NCBI GenBank assembly: GCA_021737695.1
Contig: JAIPDL010000006.1
Location: 1,126 to 65,125, forward strand
Direction: 5' to 3'
Origin: Desulfotignum sp.
GTDB taxonomy: Bacteria; Desulfobacterota; Desulfobacteria; Desulfobacterales; Desulfobacteraceae
Length of the DNA stretch: 64,000 bases
The notes beneath the pieces were generated by a model that searched no databases, had not been told where the DNA came from, and saw nothing but the letters and a program-made list of their open reading frames with translations. Position numbers and translations under genes: made by a program. Positions within the stretch are counted from its first letter, which is position 1; each line of letters starts with the position of its first letter. Positions 19,643-29,628 of the stretch are shown here, piece after piece.

Positions 19643-21238
19643 CTCAAGTTTCGCACCCCTTTAGGGGCGACTGTTGATTGAAAATGTCTGCAAATTTTAC
19701 TACTTTTTATAGAAAAGGACTCCGAATTGTGGTATATATAAGCTGCTGAATTCAAACATAAACCACTCAAAGGAGCCCTTAAGATATGCATACCAGAAAT
19801 TGTCGAAATTTTAAAGGAGAAATCGAGTTTTACCTGAAAAATGGCCAGAATGTTTATGATTCGAAAATAGATAGCGTTTTCCAATCTCTGAAGTTTAAAA
19901 CCTGGCTCTGCCGGGCAAACATTAAAAAGCAAGAAGGATATCACGCTGCGCATCTCCTGTTCATACTGTTTATGTTGCCCTTACTGCAACTCAAGACCGT
20001 CAATTCTTTCTGCCGAAAACAGTGGCAACAATGGTCGAGATGTAGAAAGGACACCTATTACCGGTTCAAACAGAATACCAGTTACCGGTGGCGAACATTT
20101 ATAAACGGCATTAACCATGAAATCTTTGACAGGCTCGATCTTCATAGCCTCCCTCAAAAAGATCTGTGTTTTGTCATTGATGACACGATCCTCCAAAAAG
20201 CAGGCAGAAAAATCGAAAATGTCACCTATGTCCATGACCATAATCTTGGCAGATCGGTACTTGGGTTTTGTGTTGTTGCCCTGGGACTTTTCACAGGCAA
20301 TGCATTTTACACCCTTGACCATGCCTATTTTTTCAGTAACAAGCGGCATGCCAAAACCCCTGAAAAAATCGGAGATCCAAGAAGCAGCAGTGGTCTCCGC
20401 AGTTATGAAGCAATGCATTGTACCAAACTGGAGTTGGCCTTGTCCATGATACAGAGAGCAGTCAATAAGGGCATCCTTCCAGGCTATGTTTTATTTGACA
20501 GTTGGTATTCCTGGCCCTGGTTCATCCAAGCAATTCGAAACATTCATCGGAAGATCCATGTTGTCTGCCGGCTTAAAAACAGCAATGTTCATTATTGGTA
20601 TAATGGCCGAAAATATCGTCTGTCCGGACTCTATCAAAAAATTCGTGATGGTTTCAAAAAAGATACCCGAACAGGCTTACTGTTGAAAAGGGTTAAGGTC
20701 ACATTGCCAGACTCTGACGAACCTGTGGTTATTGTCTTTTCCAAAGGCTATCAAGAGCCAGAGTTAGAGCCGGCAAACGGCAGGAAAAAGAAAAAGGAAC
20801 CCTCATGGGTGGCATTCCTTTGCACAGATACCAGCCTACATTCATCTTCGATTATCAAGAAGTATATCCAAAGATGGCCAATTGAAGTGTGTTTCAAGGA
20901 ATGCAAACAAATGCTCGGCCTTGGCAAAGACCAATCGAATGATTTCAACGGGCAGGTGAATGCATCCTCGCTAAGCTTTTTGAGATACAACGTCCTGAAC
21001 TACCTTAATGTGGCCGAGAACTATGCCACCATGGGTGGACTTTTTGAAAGTTTGGCGGATGACGCAGCCATAAAAAGTTACTCAGCAAGATTGTGGGAGT
21101 TTTTCCGTGGCCTTTTCTGTGTCATTTTTTCAAAGATCTTTGACCTTTTCGATGTCCAGGAAGAGTTTCAGGACTATATTGTCGCTTTAGAACAGGCCCT
21201 AACTGGAGTTACACCGTTTCAAGGGTGCGAAACTTGAG
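19643..21238 (+). mobile_element. Complete insertion sequence (IS4/IS701-like DDE), 1596 bp
   Basis: Perfect 16 bp terminal inverted repeats ctcaagtttcgcaccc (19643-19658) / gggtgcgaaacttgag (21223-21238); 6 bp TSD tactta at 19637-19642 and 21239-21244. Confidence 0.92.
19786..21237 (+). CDS. DDE transposase (IS4-like superfamily)
   Basis: VIDDT, LFDSWY, YxxRWPIEVCFKECKQ (YREK-type). Stop codon lies inside the right IR; AAGGAG RBS. Confidence 0.92.
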   Translation: MHTRNCRNFKGEIEFYLKNGQNVYDSKIDSVFQSLKFKTWLCRANIKKQEGYHAAHLLFILFMLPLLQLKTVNSFCRKQWQQWSRCRKDTYYRFKQNTSYRWRTFINGINHEIFDRLDLHSLPQKDLCFVIDDTILQKAGRKIENVTYVHDHNLGRSVLGFCVVALGLFTGNAFYTLDHAYFFSNKRHAKTPEKIGDPRSSSGLRSYEAMHCTKLELALSMIQRAVNKGILPGYVLFDSWYSWPWFIQAIRNIHRKIHVVCRLKNSNVHYWYNGRKYRLSGLYQKIRDGFKKDTRTGLLLKRVKVTLPDSDEPVVIVFSKGYQEPELEPANGRKKKKEPSWVAFLCTDTSLHSSSIIKKYIQRWPIEVCFKECKQMLGLGKDQSNDFNGQVNASSLSFLRYNVLNYLNVAENYATMGGLFESLADDAAIKSYSARLWEFFRGLFCVIFSKIFDLFDVQEEFQDYIVALEQALTGVTPFQGCET

Positions 21239-21623
21239 TACTTAAAACAAATAGGGGAAACCCCTTTAGGGATCAGCAATTCGTATTATCTTAAAGGACC
21301 CTCTTTGAAGGATGGGGGCATTGAAGCTCCGGGAACTTTGATCCAAAGACTGGATGCAGAATCGAGTGTGCAGTTTTCCAAAAATTTTACCACAAAAAGT
21401 GGACGGATGCTTAGGGAATGTGTCTGCTGGTTGAAATGAGCAGGGCATTACCCTTGAAAAAACAATTCTATGCAAGGAACGGAACATTCCAGCACCATGT
21501 CCGGGTGGACGCTGTTAAGACAGACAGGCAGTTACCCTAAAAAGTGGGTGGTTGGATGTGATTTTACCGTGAAGGAGATTCACACTAAAAAAATATGGGC
21601 CGGAAAATTATTTTTTCTGAGCT

Positions 21624-21693
21624 GGTTACACAGCTGCTTACATTTCTGATTTACACGGCTGAAATTTTTTCTGCTGCTTACATAGTGCTTACA
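21624..21693 (+). repeat. Cluster of short direct repeats (tgcttaca-like), putative integrase arm-type sites beside the tRNA 3' end
   Basis: ggttaca 21624, tgcttaca 21635, tttaca 21650, tgcttaca 21675, tgcttaca 21686; two closely spaced tandem pairs. Confidence 0.5.
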
Positions 21694-21700
21694 CAAACAA

Positions 21701-21735
21701 AAAGGGCGTTCAACGAATATCGTTGAACGCCCTTT
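21701..21735 (-). terminator. Terminator downstream of tRNA-Phe
   Basis: Perfect 16 bp stem aaagggcgttcaacga-ata-tcgttgaacgcccttt with T-rich tail on the minus strand. Confidence 0.85.
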
Positions 21736-21741
21736 AAAATA

Positions 21742-21817
21742 TGGTGCCCAGGAACAGAATCGAACTGCTGACACGGGGATTTTCAGTCCCCTGCTCTACC
21801 GACTGAGCTACCTGGGC
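21742..21817 (-). tRNA. tRNA-Phe (GAA)
   Basis: Reverse complement GCCCAGGTAGCTCAGTCGGTAGAGCAGGGGACTGAAAATCCCCGTGTCAGCAGTTCGATTCTGTTCCTGGGCACCA: 76 nt cloverleaf, GAA anticodon, encoded CCA. Confidence 0.98.
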
Positions 21818-21893
21818 GTGAACAGCAAACGACTGGGTTTATATGTTTTTTGTCCGGGGATGTCAAGCAAAAAATAAAACTTTCATGATGGTG

Positions 21894-22625
21894 CTATATA
21901 TCTCCCAGTCGATGCTGGACCAGGGCGGCCCCGCACAGGGATGCAGTTTCCGCCCGCAGGATCCGGGGTCCCAGAGAATAGGGGATAAATCCGCTGGCAG
22001 ATGCCCGGTTGATCTCGGATTCTGAAAACCCCCCTTCCGGTCCGATCAGCACCAGGGTCTGGTTGCGGCCGTTGCCAGGCATAAGTTGAGACAATGAGTC
22101 GCCTCCCTGTTCCCAGAAAGCGATGCAGTGATCAAAGTCTTTGGCCATTTCCAGGATGCGCTCAAATGTCATGGGAAAAGAAATTTCCACCACCCGGCTT
22201 CTTTGGCATTGTTTAATGGTTTCGTTTGCGATGGTCTGCCAGCGTTCCATGCGCCGGTCCAGGGCTCTGGCATCCGGTAAAGGAATGGACCGTTCACAGA
22301 AAAAAGGAATCCACTGGGTAATGCCTATCTGGGTCAGGCCCTGGATGACATCATCCATTTTCTGATATTTTAGCATACCGGTGCACACGGTGAGCAAAAG
22401 AGGGGATTCGGTTTGAGACAGCCGGGTATCTATGATTTCCACGGTTACCTGTTCCCGGTTGCAGTCAGTGATCCGGCCGGAAAAATCGGTTCCCATCCCG
22501 TCGGTGAGACTTAAGTGATCACCCCTGGAAAGGCGCAGTACCCGGGTGATATGCCGGGCATCAGACCCGTCAAGAATAACCCGGTTCTCACAAAGGGAAT
22601 CCCCGGGGATTAAAAATTTCTGCAT
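21894..22625 (-). CDS. rsmE: 16S rRNA m3U1498 methyltransferase
   Basis: HITRVLRL, IGPEGGFS, SLGPRILRAETA. Confidence 0.95.
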   Translation of the reverse strand: MQKFLIPGDSLCENRVILDGSDARHITRVLRLSRGDHLSLTDGMGTDFSGRITDCNREQVTVEIIDTRLSQTESPLLLTVCTGMLKYQKMDDVIQGLTQIGITQWIPFFCERSIPLPDARALDRRMERWQTIANETIKQCQRSRVVEISFPMTFERILEMAKDFDHCIAFWEQGGDSLSQLMPGNGRNQTLVLIGPEGGFSESEINRASASGFIPYSLGPRILRAETASLCGAALVQHRLGDI

Positions 22626-22799
22626 TTATTCACCTTGTGTCTGTTTTTTGTCAAATCATACGGGGTCTTGGGGAAAAAAACAATCCCGGTTCCGGATGTT
22701 CGGGGTTTAATATGTTGACACCCGAAGGACACTTTGATAAATTTTCATGGTTTGGATCTATAATGATCCGGTTAATTTTTGAAAAAATGAGAGGGTGCC

Positions 22800-23210
22800 A
22801 TGGCCGGAGAAACAAAACAGGATGATCCGATAATTGAATTGACGGATGTGGTGGAAGATGCTGAAGACATGGAAGATATCTTGTCGGATGATACCTTCTC
22901 AGAGAATGAGATCCCGGACGGCAGCTTTGATGACACCGCCATTGAACTGACGGATATGGAAGAGGTCAGTGATATTGAGATGGATATCGAAGACATTGAG
23001 TCTGAAGATCCGGTACAAGATGATCCATCCGAAGAAATGCCGGTCTCTCAGGAACAGATCGAGGCGGCACTGGAACGGGTGATCGAAAAAAAGTTTGCCC
23101 AAAAAATTGAACCGCTGCTTTTTGATACAATGGAGCGGGTAATTTTACAGGAAATTCAAAAAATAAAGACCGCCCTGTTAAAAGACATGGATCGCATCGG
23201 TCCGTTTTGA
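22800..23210 (+). CDS. Acidic protein with IELTD motifs and C-terminal amphipathic helices (PopZ/DUF2497-like)
   Basis: IIELTDVV and AIELTDM repeats, D/E-rich middle, C-terminal ERVILQEIQKIK; sits directly upstream of valS. Confidence 0.55.
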   Translation: MAGETKQDDPIIELTDVVEDAEDMEDILSDDTFSENEIPDGSFDDTAIELTDMEEVSDIEMDIEDIESEDPVQDDPSEEMPVSQEQIEAALERVIEKKFAQKIEPLLFDTMERVILQEIQKIKTALLKDMDRIGPF

Positions 23211-23296
23211 CGGCTAAGGATACATTGACGTAACAAATTCTGGGGATTCATTTACGGGTCCCCTTTTTCATTAATATGGGTATTTAGGAGCAGATT

Positions 23297-25954
23297 ATGG
23301 GTTCGGATTCTCTGGACAAAGGGTATGAGCCGGCAGGGATTGAAGAAAAATGGTATCAGTTCTGGCAGGACAACGGATTTTTCAAAGCAGAAGATACCAG
23401 TGAGCACCCGCCGTTTTCGATCGTTATTCCCCCGCCCAATGTCACGGGTGTGCTTCATATGGGCCATGCCCTGAACAATGTGATCCAGGATATCATGTGC
23501 CGATACCGGCGGCTGCTGGGTTATAATGTGCTGTGGATGCCGGGCACGGATCATGCCGGTATTGCCACCCAGAATGTGGTGGAACGGGATCTGGCGGCCC
23601 GGGGCAAGAATCGGGATCAGCTGGGCCGGGAAGCCTTTATCGACGAGGTTTGGAAATGGAAGGAAAAATCCGGCGGTGCTATTATCAATCAGCTCAAACG
23701 GCTGGGGGCCTCCTGTGACTGGGACCGGGAGCGGTTCACCATGGACGAGGGACTGTCCGATGCTGTGCGCAAGGTATTTGTCCGGCTGTACAAGGAAGGT
23801 CTGATATATGAAGGCCAGTATATCATTAACTGGTGCCCCCGGTGTCTCACGGCCCTGGCGGATCTGGAAGTGGAATATGAGGAACAGGATTCATACCTGT
23901 ATTATGTAAGGTATCCTTTCAAAGGACACAAAAAAGGACTGACCGTGGCCACGACCCGGCCGGAGACCATGTTCGGAGATACTGCCGTGGCCGTAAATCC
24001 GTCAGACGCGCGGTTTGCAGATCTGACGGAGACACATGTACTGCTGCCCCTTACCGACCGGATGATTCCCATTATCCGGGATACGTATGTGGATACGGCG
24101 TTTGGTACCGGGGCACTGAAAGTGACACCGGCCCACGACCCCAACGATTTTGATCTGGGGGAAAAACACGGCCTGGATCGGATCAAAGTGATCAATGACA
24201 AAGGGTTGATGACCGAGGCGGCCGGGCCGTTCCAGGAGCTGGACCGGTTTGAATGCCGGACCCGGGTGGTCAAGGCCCTTGCCGACCAGGGGCTGCTGGA
24301 GAAAAAAGAACCGTTGAAACACAGTGTGGGCAGCTGCTATCGATGCCGGACCGTGGTGGAACCGGCCGTGTCCAAACAATGGTTCGTCAAGGTGAAACCT
24401 TTGGCGGAAAAAGCAATGGAAGCGGTTCGTTCCGAACAGACCCGGATTATACCGGATATCTGGTCCAAGACTTATTTTGACTGGATGGAAAATATCCGGG
24501 ACTGGTGTATTTCAAGACAGATCTGGTGGGGCCACCGGATTCCGGTGTGGAAATGCCCGGCATGCAATCATGTGATGGTGGAGGAAACCGATCCGGTTGA
24601 CTGTGCCGTGTGCGGATCCAAAGAGATTGTCCAGGAAACCGATGTATTGGATACCTGGTTCTCCTCGGCTCTGTGGCCGTTTTCCACCATGGGCTGGCCG
24701 GAAGACACCCCGCTGCTCAAGACCTTCTACCCCACCAACGTGCTGGTCACAGGCTTTGACATTCTGTTTTTCTGGGTGGCCCGGATGATGATGATGGGCA
24801 TTCATTTCAAAGAGGAAGTCCCGTTCAAGGATGTGTACATTCATGCCCTGGTCAGGGATGAGCATGGCAAGAAAATGAGCAAATCCAAAGGCAATGTCAT
24901 TGATCCGTTGAAAGTGATCGATCAATACGGCGCAGATGCCTTCCGGTTCACCCTGGCGGCCTTTGCAGCCCAGGGCCGGGATGTGAAAATGTCTGAATCC
25001 CGGGTGGAAGGATACCGGCATTTTGTGAACAAATTGTGGAATGCGGCCCGGTTTTCATTGATGCACATCACTTCCGAAGACATTGGGTTTGAGGATGACA
25101 ACTTAACCCTATGGGAACGCTGGATTCTGTCCCGGTCGGCTGCGACATCCCTGGCCGTGAAAGAAGGGATTGAAAATTACCGGTTCAACGAAGCGGCGTC
25201 TGCTGTGTATCAGTTTGTGTGGCACGAATTCTGTGACTGGTTTATTGAAACGGAAAAACCGGCCCTGTATGAAAAACAGGGAGGGATTCGAAGAAACACG
25301 GCCCGGGCCGTGCTGGCAACGGTGCTCAAAGATATCCTGGTGATGCTGCATCCGTTCATGCCCTTTGTCACCGAAGAGATTTATCATCTGCTGCCCGCCA
25401 CTCAAGGCTCGGTGATGCAGGCGGCGTTTCCCTATGCAAAGGATACCTACACCCGGTACAGAAACGAGCCGGTTGAAGCGGACATGGCCTTTGTGTTTGA
25501 TTTGATTTCCGGTGTCCGGAACATCCGGAGCGAAATGAACATCCAGCCATCCATGAAAATCAAGGTGCTGGCCCACACGGAAAATGAAAAAGAAAAATTG
25601 CTGATCGTGGAAAACAAGGCCGTGATTTCTACCTTGGCCACCATGGAGCGCCTGTCTTTCTGTGATCTGGAAAATGTGCCCAAAGCCTGCGCCAGTTCCG
25701 TGAACGGCAACACCACCTGTTTTGTATCCCTGGAAGGAGTGATTGATTTTGAAAAAGAGATCCTTAGGCTGGAAAAAGAACTGGAGAAAAATACCAAGGA
25801 ACTGGTCGGGGTTCAGAAACGCCTGGGAAATGAGAGCTTTCTGGAAAAAGCCCCCCAGGAAGTGATCGACAAGGTCCATGCCCGGCATGCCGATCTAACG
25901 GAAAAAAATGAAAAACTGGCAGCCAATCTTCAACGTATTCAGGAAATGGCATAA
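23297..25954 (+). CDS. valS: Valine--tRNA ligase
   Basis: PPPNVTGVLHMGH, DWCISRQIWWGH, KMSKS, C-terminal coiled-coil. Confidence 0.98.
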   Translation: MGSDSLDKGYEPAGIEEKWYQFWQDNGFFKAEDTSEHPPFSIVIPPPNVTGVLHMGHALNNVIQDIMCRYRRLLGYNVLWMPGTDHAGIATQNVVERDLAARGKNRDQLGREAFIDEVWKWKEKSGGAIINQLKRLGASCDWDRERFTMDEGLSDAVRKVFVRLYKEGLIYEGQYIINWCPRCLTALADLEVEYEEQDSYLYYVRYPFKGHKKGLTVATTRPETMFGDTAVAVNPSDARFADLTETHVLLPLTDRMIPIIRDTYVDTAFGTGALKVTPAHDPNDFDLGEKHGLDRIKVINDKGLMTEAAGPFQELDRFECRTRVVKALADQGLLEKKEPLKHSVGSCYRCRTVVEPAVSKQWFVKVKPLAEKAMEAVRSEQTRIIPDIWSKTYFDWMENIRDWCISRQIWWGHRIPVWKCPACNHVMVEETDPVDCAVCGSKEIVQETDVLDTWFSSALWPFSTMGWPEDTPLLKTFYPTNVLVTGFDILFFWVARMMMMGIHFKEEVPFKDVYIHALVRDEHGKKMSKSKGNVIDPLKVIDQYGADAFRFTLAAFAAQGRDVKMSESRVEGYRHFVNKLWNAARFSLMHITSEDIGFEDDNLTLWERWILSRSAATSLAVKEGIENYRFNEAASAVYQFVWHEFCDWFIETEKPALYEKQGGIRRNTARAVLATVLKDILVMLHPFMPFVTEEIYHLLPATQGSVMQAAFPYAKDTYTRYRNEPVEADMAFVFDLISGVRNIRSEMNIQPSMKIKVLAHTENEKEKLLIVENKAVISTLATMERLSFCDLENVPKACASSVNGNTTCFVSLEGVIDFEKEILRLEKELEKNTKELVGVQKRLGNESFLEKAPQEVIDKVHARHADLTEKNEKLAANLQRIQEMA

Positions 25955-25957
25955 TCC

Positions 25958-26806
25958 ATGGACATGATCCAACAGATAATCGCGCTGGCCCTGTTTGAGG
26001 ATTCCGGGCTCGGGGATATCACCTCAGAGAGTATCCTGCAACATCCCCGGCAGGGCCGTGGCGTGATCGTTGCCAAACAGGACTGCATCCTGGCGGGAAC
26101 CGATGTGGCACGGAAAACATTTCAGATGCTGGATCCCAATGTGTCACTCCGGTTTTTGTTCCGGGACGGCGATGCCGTGTCCAAAGGGGACGACTTGCTG
26201 CGGGTGGACGGGGATCTGCTTTGCCTGCTCAAGTCGGAACGGGTGGCATTGAATTTTTTACAGCGGCTGTCCGGCATTGCCACCTTGACCCGGGAATATG
26301 CGGCGGTATTGAAGGGGGCTTCGGCCCGGCTGACCGATACAAGAAAGACCACACCCGGCTGGCGCTATCTGGAAAAAGAGGCGGTCCGGGCCGGGGGCGG
26401 GTATAATCACCGGTTTTCCCTGTATGACGGTATTTTAATCAAAGACAACCACATTGAGGTGGCCGGCAGTATATCTGCTGCTGTCCAGGCCGTGAAAAAC
26501 CGGACCTCCCATCTGATGAAAATCGAAGTGGAGGTCTCAACCATGGATCAGGTGGACCAGGCCCTGGCAGCGGGTGCGGATGTGATCATGCTGGACAACA
26601 TGTCAATAAAAGAGATGGCTGCGGCTGTGACCCGAATCAACGGCCAGGCCCTGGTGGAAGCATCGGGCAATGTTTCCATGGAAACCCTGAAAGAGATTGC
26701 AGATACCGGGGTGGATGTGATTTCCTGCGGCGCACTGACCCACCAGGCCCGGTCGGTTGATTTGAGTATGCGTATCGTTGACGCATCAAAAACTCAATTG
26801 TCGTAG
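25958..26806 (+). CDS. nadC: Nicotinate-nucleotide pyrophosphorylase (carboxylating)
   Basis: ERVALNFLQRLSGIAT, DTRKTTPG, HRFSLYDGILIKDNH, IMLDNM, EASGN. Confidence 0.97.
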   Translation: MDMIQQIIALALFEDSGLGDITSESILQHPRQGRGVIVAKQDCILAGTDVARKTFQMLDPNVSLRFLFRDGDAVSKGDDLLRVDGDLLCLLKSERVALNFLQRLSGIATLTREYAAVLKGASARLTDTRKTTPGWRYLEKEAVRAGGGYNHRFSLYDGILIKDNHIEVAGSISAAVQAVKNRTSHLMKIEVEVSTMDQVDQALAAGADVIMLDNMSIKEMAAAVTRINGQALVEASGNVSMETLKEIADTGVDVISCGALTHQARSVDLSMRIVDASKTQLS

Positions 26807-27693
26807 GTCAGGCGATTCCGGCCGTTTTTTTTGGATTGGTACAGGGCCTGGTCCGCGCGGCGGATAAATGAGGTGGCATCTTCACCGGCGTTAAGTTCAC
26901 TGGCACCGATGCTGATAGTGATCGACTGCGTGACACCGGGTTTGGGCTCGAATACCGTCATGCCGATGCAATGTTTGATGCGGTATCCCACCACACAGGC
27001 TTTCTTCAGATCGGTTTCCGGCAGCAGGACGGCAAATTCTTCTCCGCCATAGCGATAGGCCGTGTCCATGGACCGCATACAGTCATTGATGATGCGACCG
27101 ATAGCCATCAAAACCTTGTCCCCTTCCAGATGGCCCCAAGTGTCATTGTAATGCTTGAAAAGATCGATATCCAGAATCAACAGAGACAACTGATGCCCAT
27201 ACCGTTCGTTTCTTTCGATCTCGGTTTTGATCTGACGAAAAAACTGCCGGGAGTTGAACAGTTTGGTCAATGCATCGGTGATGGCCAGCTGTTCCATTTC
27301 CTTGAGCAGCCGATTCCGCTCCTGTTTGAGCCCTGCCTCCCGCAATACCCGTTTGATACGCAGGTCCAGCTCTTCAAAACGAAAGGGCTTGAAAATAAAA
27401 TCACTGGCACCGGTTTTGACGGCTTCTTCGTATGAATAATCTGCATTATAACCGGTCATGACCATGACTTCCATATCGTATTTTTTTTTGATGATGCGGG
27501 TCAGCTCCAGGCCGTCCATCCCCTGCATCATGATATCGGTGAGCACCACATCCACCGGGGATGTCTCCAGTTTTTCCAAAGCGTCTTCCGCACTGGAAAC
27601 AGCCTCCACCTGATAGGCGAGAAGGGCAAGATATTCGCTCACCGAGTCTTTGACCGCGTCGTCGTCATCAACAATTAGAATTTTGTGTGTCAT
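26794..27693 (-). CDS. Response regulator diguanylate cyclase (REC-GGDEF, 299 aa)
   Basis: True start MTHKILIVDDD at 27693; TDIMM phospho-Asp, KPF, RSMD I-site, YGGEEF. Confidence 0.93.
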   Translation of the reverse strand: MTHKILIVDDDDAVKDSVSEYLALLAYQVEAVSSAEDALEKLETSPVDVVLTDIMMQGMDGLELTRIIKKKYDMEVMVMTGYNADYSYEEAVKTGASDFIFKPFRFEELDLRIKRVLREAGLKQERNRLLKEMEQLAITDALTKLFNSRQFFRQIKTEIERNERYGHQLSLLILDIDLFKHYNDTWGHLEGDKVLMAIGRIINDCMRSMDTAYRYGGEEFAVLLPETDLKKACVVGYRIKHCIGMTVFEPKPGVTQSITISIGASELNAGEDATSFIRRADQALYQSKKNGRNRLTYDN

Positions 27694-27825
27694 TTTTTCT
27701 CCCAGGGCAGGGGGGTGGTCGTGTGAGGCGATCTTGACACTTTTTTCTACAATTGATACATGTATCCAAAAAAATAAATTTAGCCTATAATAAAGATAAT
27801 TGTCAACTTTTAGTTTGGAGTACCG

Positions 27826-29628
27826 TTGAACATTCTTCAGAAACAGATCCGTAATTTTTCCATCATCGCTCATATCGATCATGGGAAATCCACCCTGTCG
27901 GACCGGCTGATTCAATTGACCGGCATTGTTTCCGAGCGGGACATGAAAGAACAGATTCTTGACACCATGGACATCGAGCGGGAACGGGGTATCACCATCA
28001 AATCCCAGACCGTGTCTTTGCCCTACACGGCTCAAGACGGCACCGAATACCTGTTGAATCTCATTGACACGCCGGGGCATGTGGATTTTTCCTATGAAGT
28101 GTCCCGGGCGTTGAAATCCTGTGAAGGCGCCCTGATCATTGTGGATGCCACCCAGGGCGTAGAGGCCCAGACACTGGCCAACCTGTACCTGGCCATGGAA
28201 CTCAACCTGACCATCCTGCCGGTGATCAATAAAATCGATCTGCCGTCCGCCGAAGTGGAATGGGTAAAAAATCAGATCGAGGAGGATCTCGGACTGGACG
28301 GTGAAAACGCGCTGCAGGTGTCCGCCAAGACCGGGCAGGGGGTGGATCAGCTGTTTCCGGCTATTGTGGCAGCCATTCCGCCACCCACGGTGGACAAGGA
28401 TAACCGGTTCAAAGCCCTGATTTTTGATTCCCATTATGATTCTTTTAGGGGAACCATTGTCCATTTCCGGATATTTGACGGCACCATCAAAAAAGGAGAC
28501 ACCATATTGTTCATGCAAAATGACTCCCAGTATAAGGTGGAGGAAGTGGGACTGTTCCAGATCAAGCGGATTCCCCAGAAAAGCCTGTATGGCGGCCAGG
28601 TGGGGTATCTGATTGCCGGGATCAAAAATATTTCCGATGTCAAGATCGGGGACACCATCACCATGGCGGACCGGCCCTGTGCCAAACCCGTGGGCGGATT
28701 CCGGGAACCCACCCCTGTGGTGTTTTCTTCCATGTACCCGGTGGCATCTGATGATTATGAGGAACTCACCGACGCCCTGGAACGCCTCAAGCTCAATGAT
28801 GCGTCCCTGATTTATGAAAAAGACAGTTCCGCGGCTTTGGGGTTCGGGTACCGATGCGGGTTCCTGGGACTGCTTCATCTGGAGGTGGTGCAGGAGCGCC
28901 TGGAAAGAGAATATGACATTTCTTTGATTCTGACGTCCCCTTCGGTGCAGTATGAAATCACCACCACGGACGGAGAGATTTATATTATCGACAACCCGGT
29001 CAACTATCCGGATCCGGCCGAGATTGTCAAAATCCGGGAACCGTTTATCAAGGCCACCATTATCGTGCCGGACCGGTACATGGGAAATGTGATGCAGGTG
29101 TGCCATGAATTCAGAGGCGTGAGTAAAACCTATCAGTACCTGACGTCCAACCGCATGGAAATGAAATTTGAACTGCCCCTGGCCGAAGTGGTGTATGAAT
29201 TCTACGACCGGCTCAAATCCGTCACCCAGGGATACGGGTCTTTTGATTATGAGATTGCCGGCTACCAGGAAACCGACCTGGTGAAACTGGATTTTCTCAT
29301 CAATGGCGAGCGGGTGGATGCCCTGTCCATTCTCATTCACATAGACAAAGCTGAAGCCCGGGCCAGGACGGCCTGTAAAAAACTGCGGGAGGAAATTCCC
29401 CGGCAGCAGTTCAAAATCCCCATCCAGGGGGCCATCGGCGGCAAAATCATCGCCCGGGAAACCGTGTCCGCGTTCCGCAAGGATGTGACGGCCAAATGTT
29501 ATGGCGGTGATATTTCCCGGAAACGCAAACTGTTGGAAAAACAGAAAAAAGGCAAAAAACGCATGAAAATGGTGGGATCTGTGGAAATCCCCCAGTCCGC
29601 GTTTCTGTCCGTGCTTAAGTCCGAGTAG
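27826..29628 (+). CDS. lepA: Elongation factor 4
   Basis: IRNFSIIAHIDHGKSTLSDRL, DTPGHVDF, KCYGGDISRKRKLLEKQK; TTG start with GGAG RBS. Confidence 0.98.
   Translation: MNILQKQIRNFSIIAHIDHGKSTLSDRLIQLTGIVSERDMKEQILDTMDIERERGITIKSQTVSLPYTAQDGTEYLLNLIDTPGHVDFSYEVSRALKSCEGALIIVDATQGVEAQTLANLYLAMELNLTILPVINKIDLPSAEVEWVKNQIEEDLGLDGENALQVSAKTGQGVDQLFPAIVAAIPPPTVDKDNRFKALIFDSHYDSFRGTIVHFRIFDGTIKKGDTILFMQNDSQYKVEEVGLFQIKRIPQKSLYGGQVGYLIAGIKNISDVKIGDTITMADRPCAKPVGGFREPTPVVFSSMYPVASDDYEELTDALERLKLNDASLIYEKDSSAALGFGYRCGFLGLLHLEVVQERLEREYDISLILTSPSVQYEITTTDGEIYIIDNPVNYPDPAEIVKIREPFIKATIIVPDRYMGNVMQVCHEFRGVSKTYQYLTSNRMEMKFELPLAEVVYEFYDRLKSVTQGYGSFDYEIAGYQETDLVKLDFLINGERVDALSILIHIDKAEARARTACKKLREEIPRQQFKIPIQGAIGGKIIARETVSAFRKDVTAKCYGGDISRKRKLLEKQKKGKKRMKMVGSVEIPQSAFLSVLKSE

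Noticed and set aside
21260-21271. 12 bp acccctttaggg shared between the IS left end (19655-19666) and the right flank
   Set aside because: Single short match outside the clearly defined IR/TSD; could be chance
21266-21487. 73 aa ORF between the IS and tRNA, considered as an integrase remnant
   Set aside because: No tyrosine/serine recombinase motifs seen
26794-29340. 848 aa ORF apparently fusing an antisense-lepA frame to the diguanylate cyclase
   Set aside because: The first 549 codons are the shadow frame of lepA plus intergenic DNA; the real protein starts at 27693 with a canonical REC N-terminus
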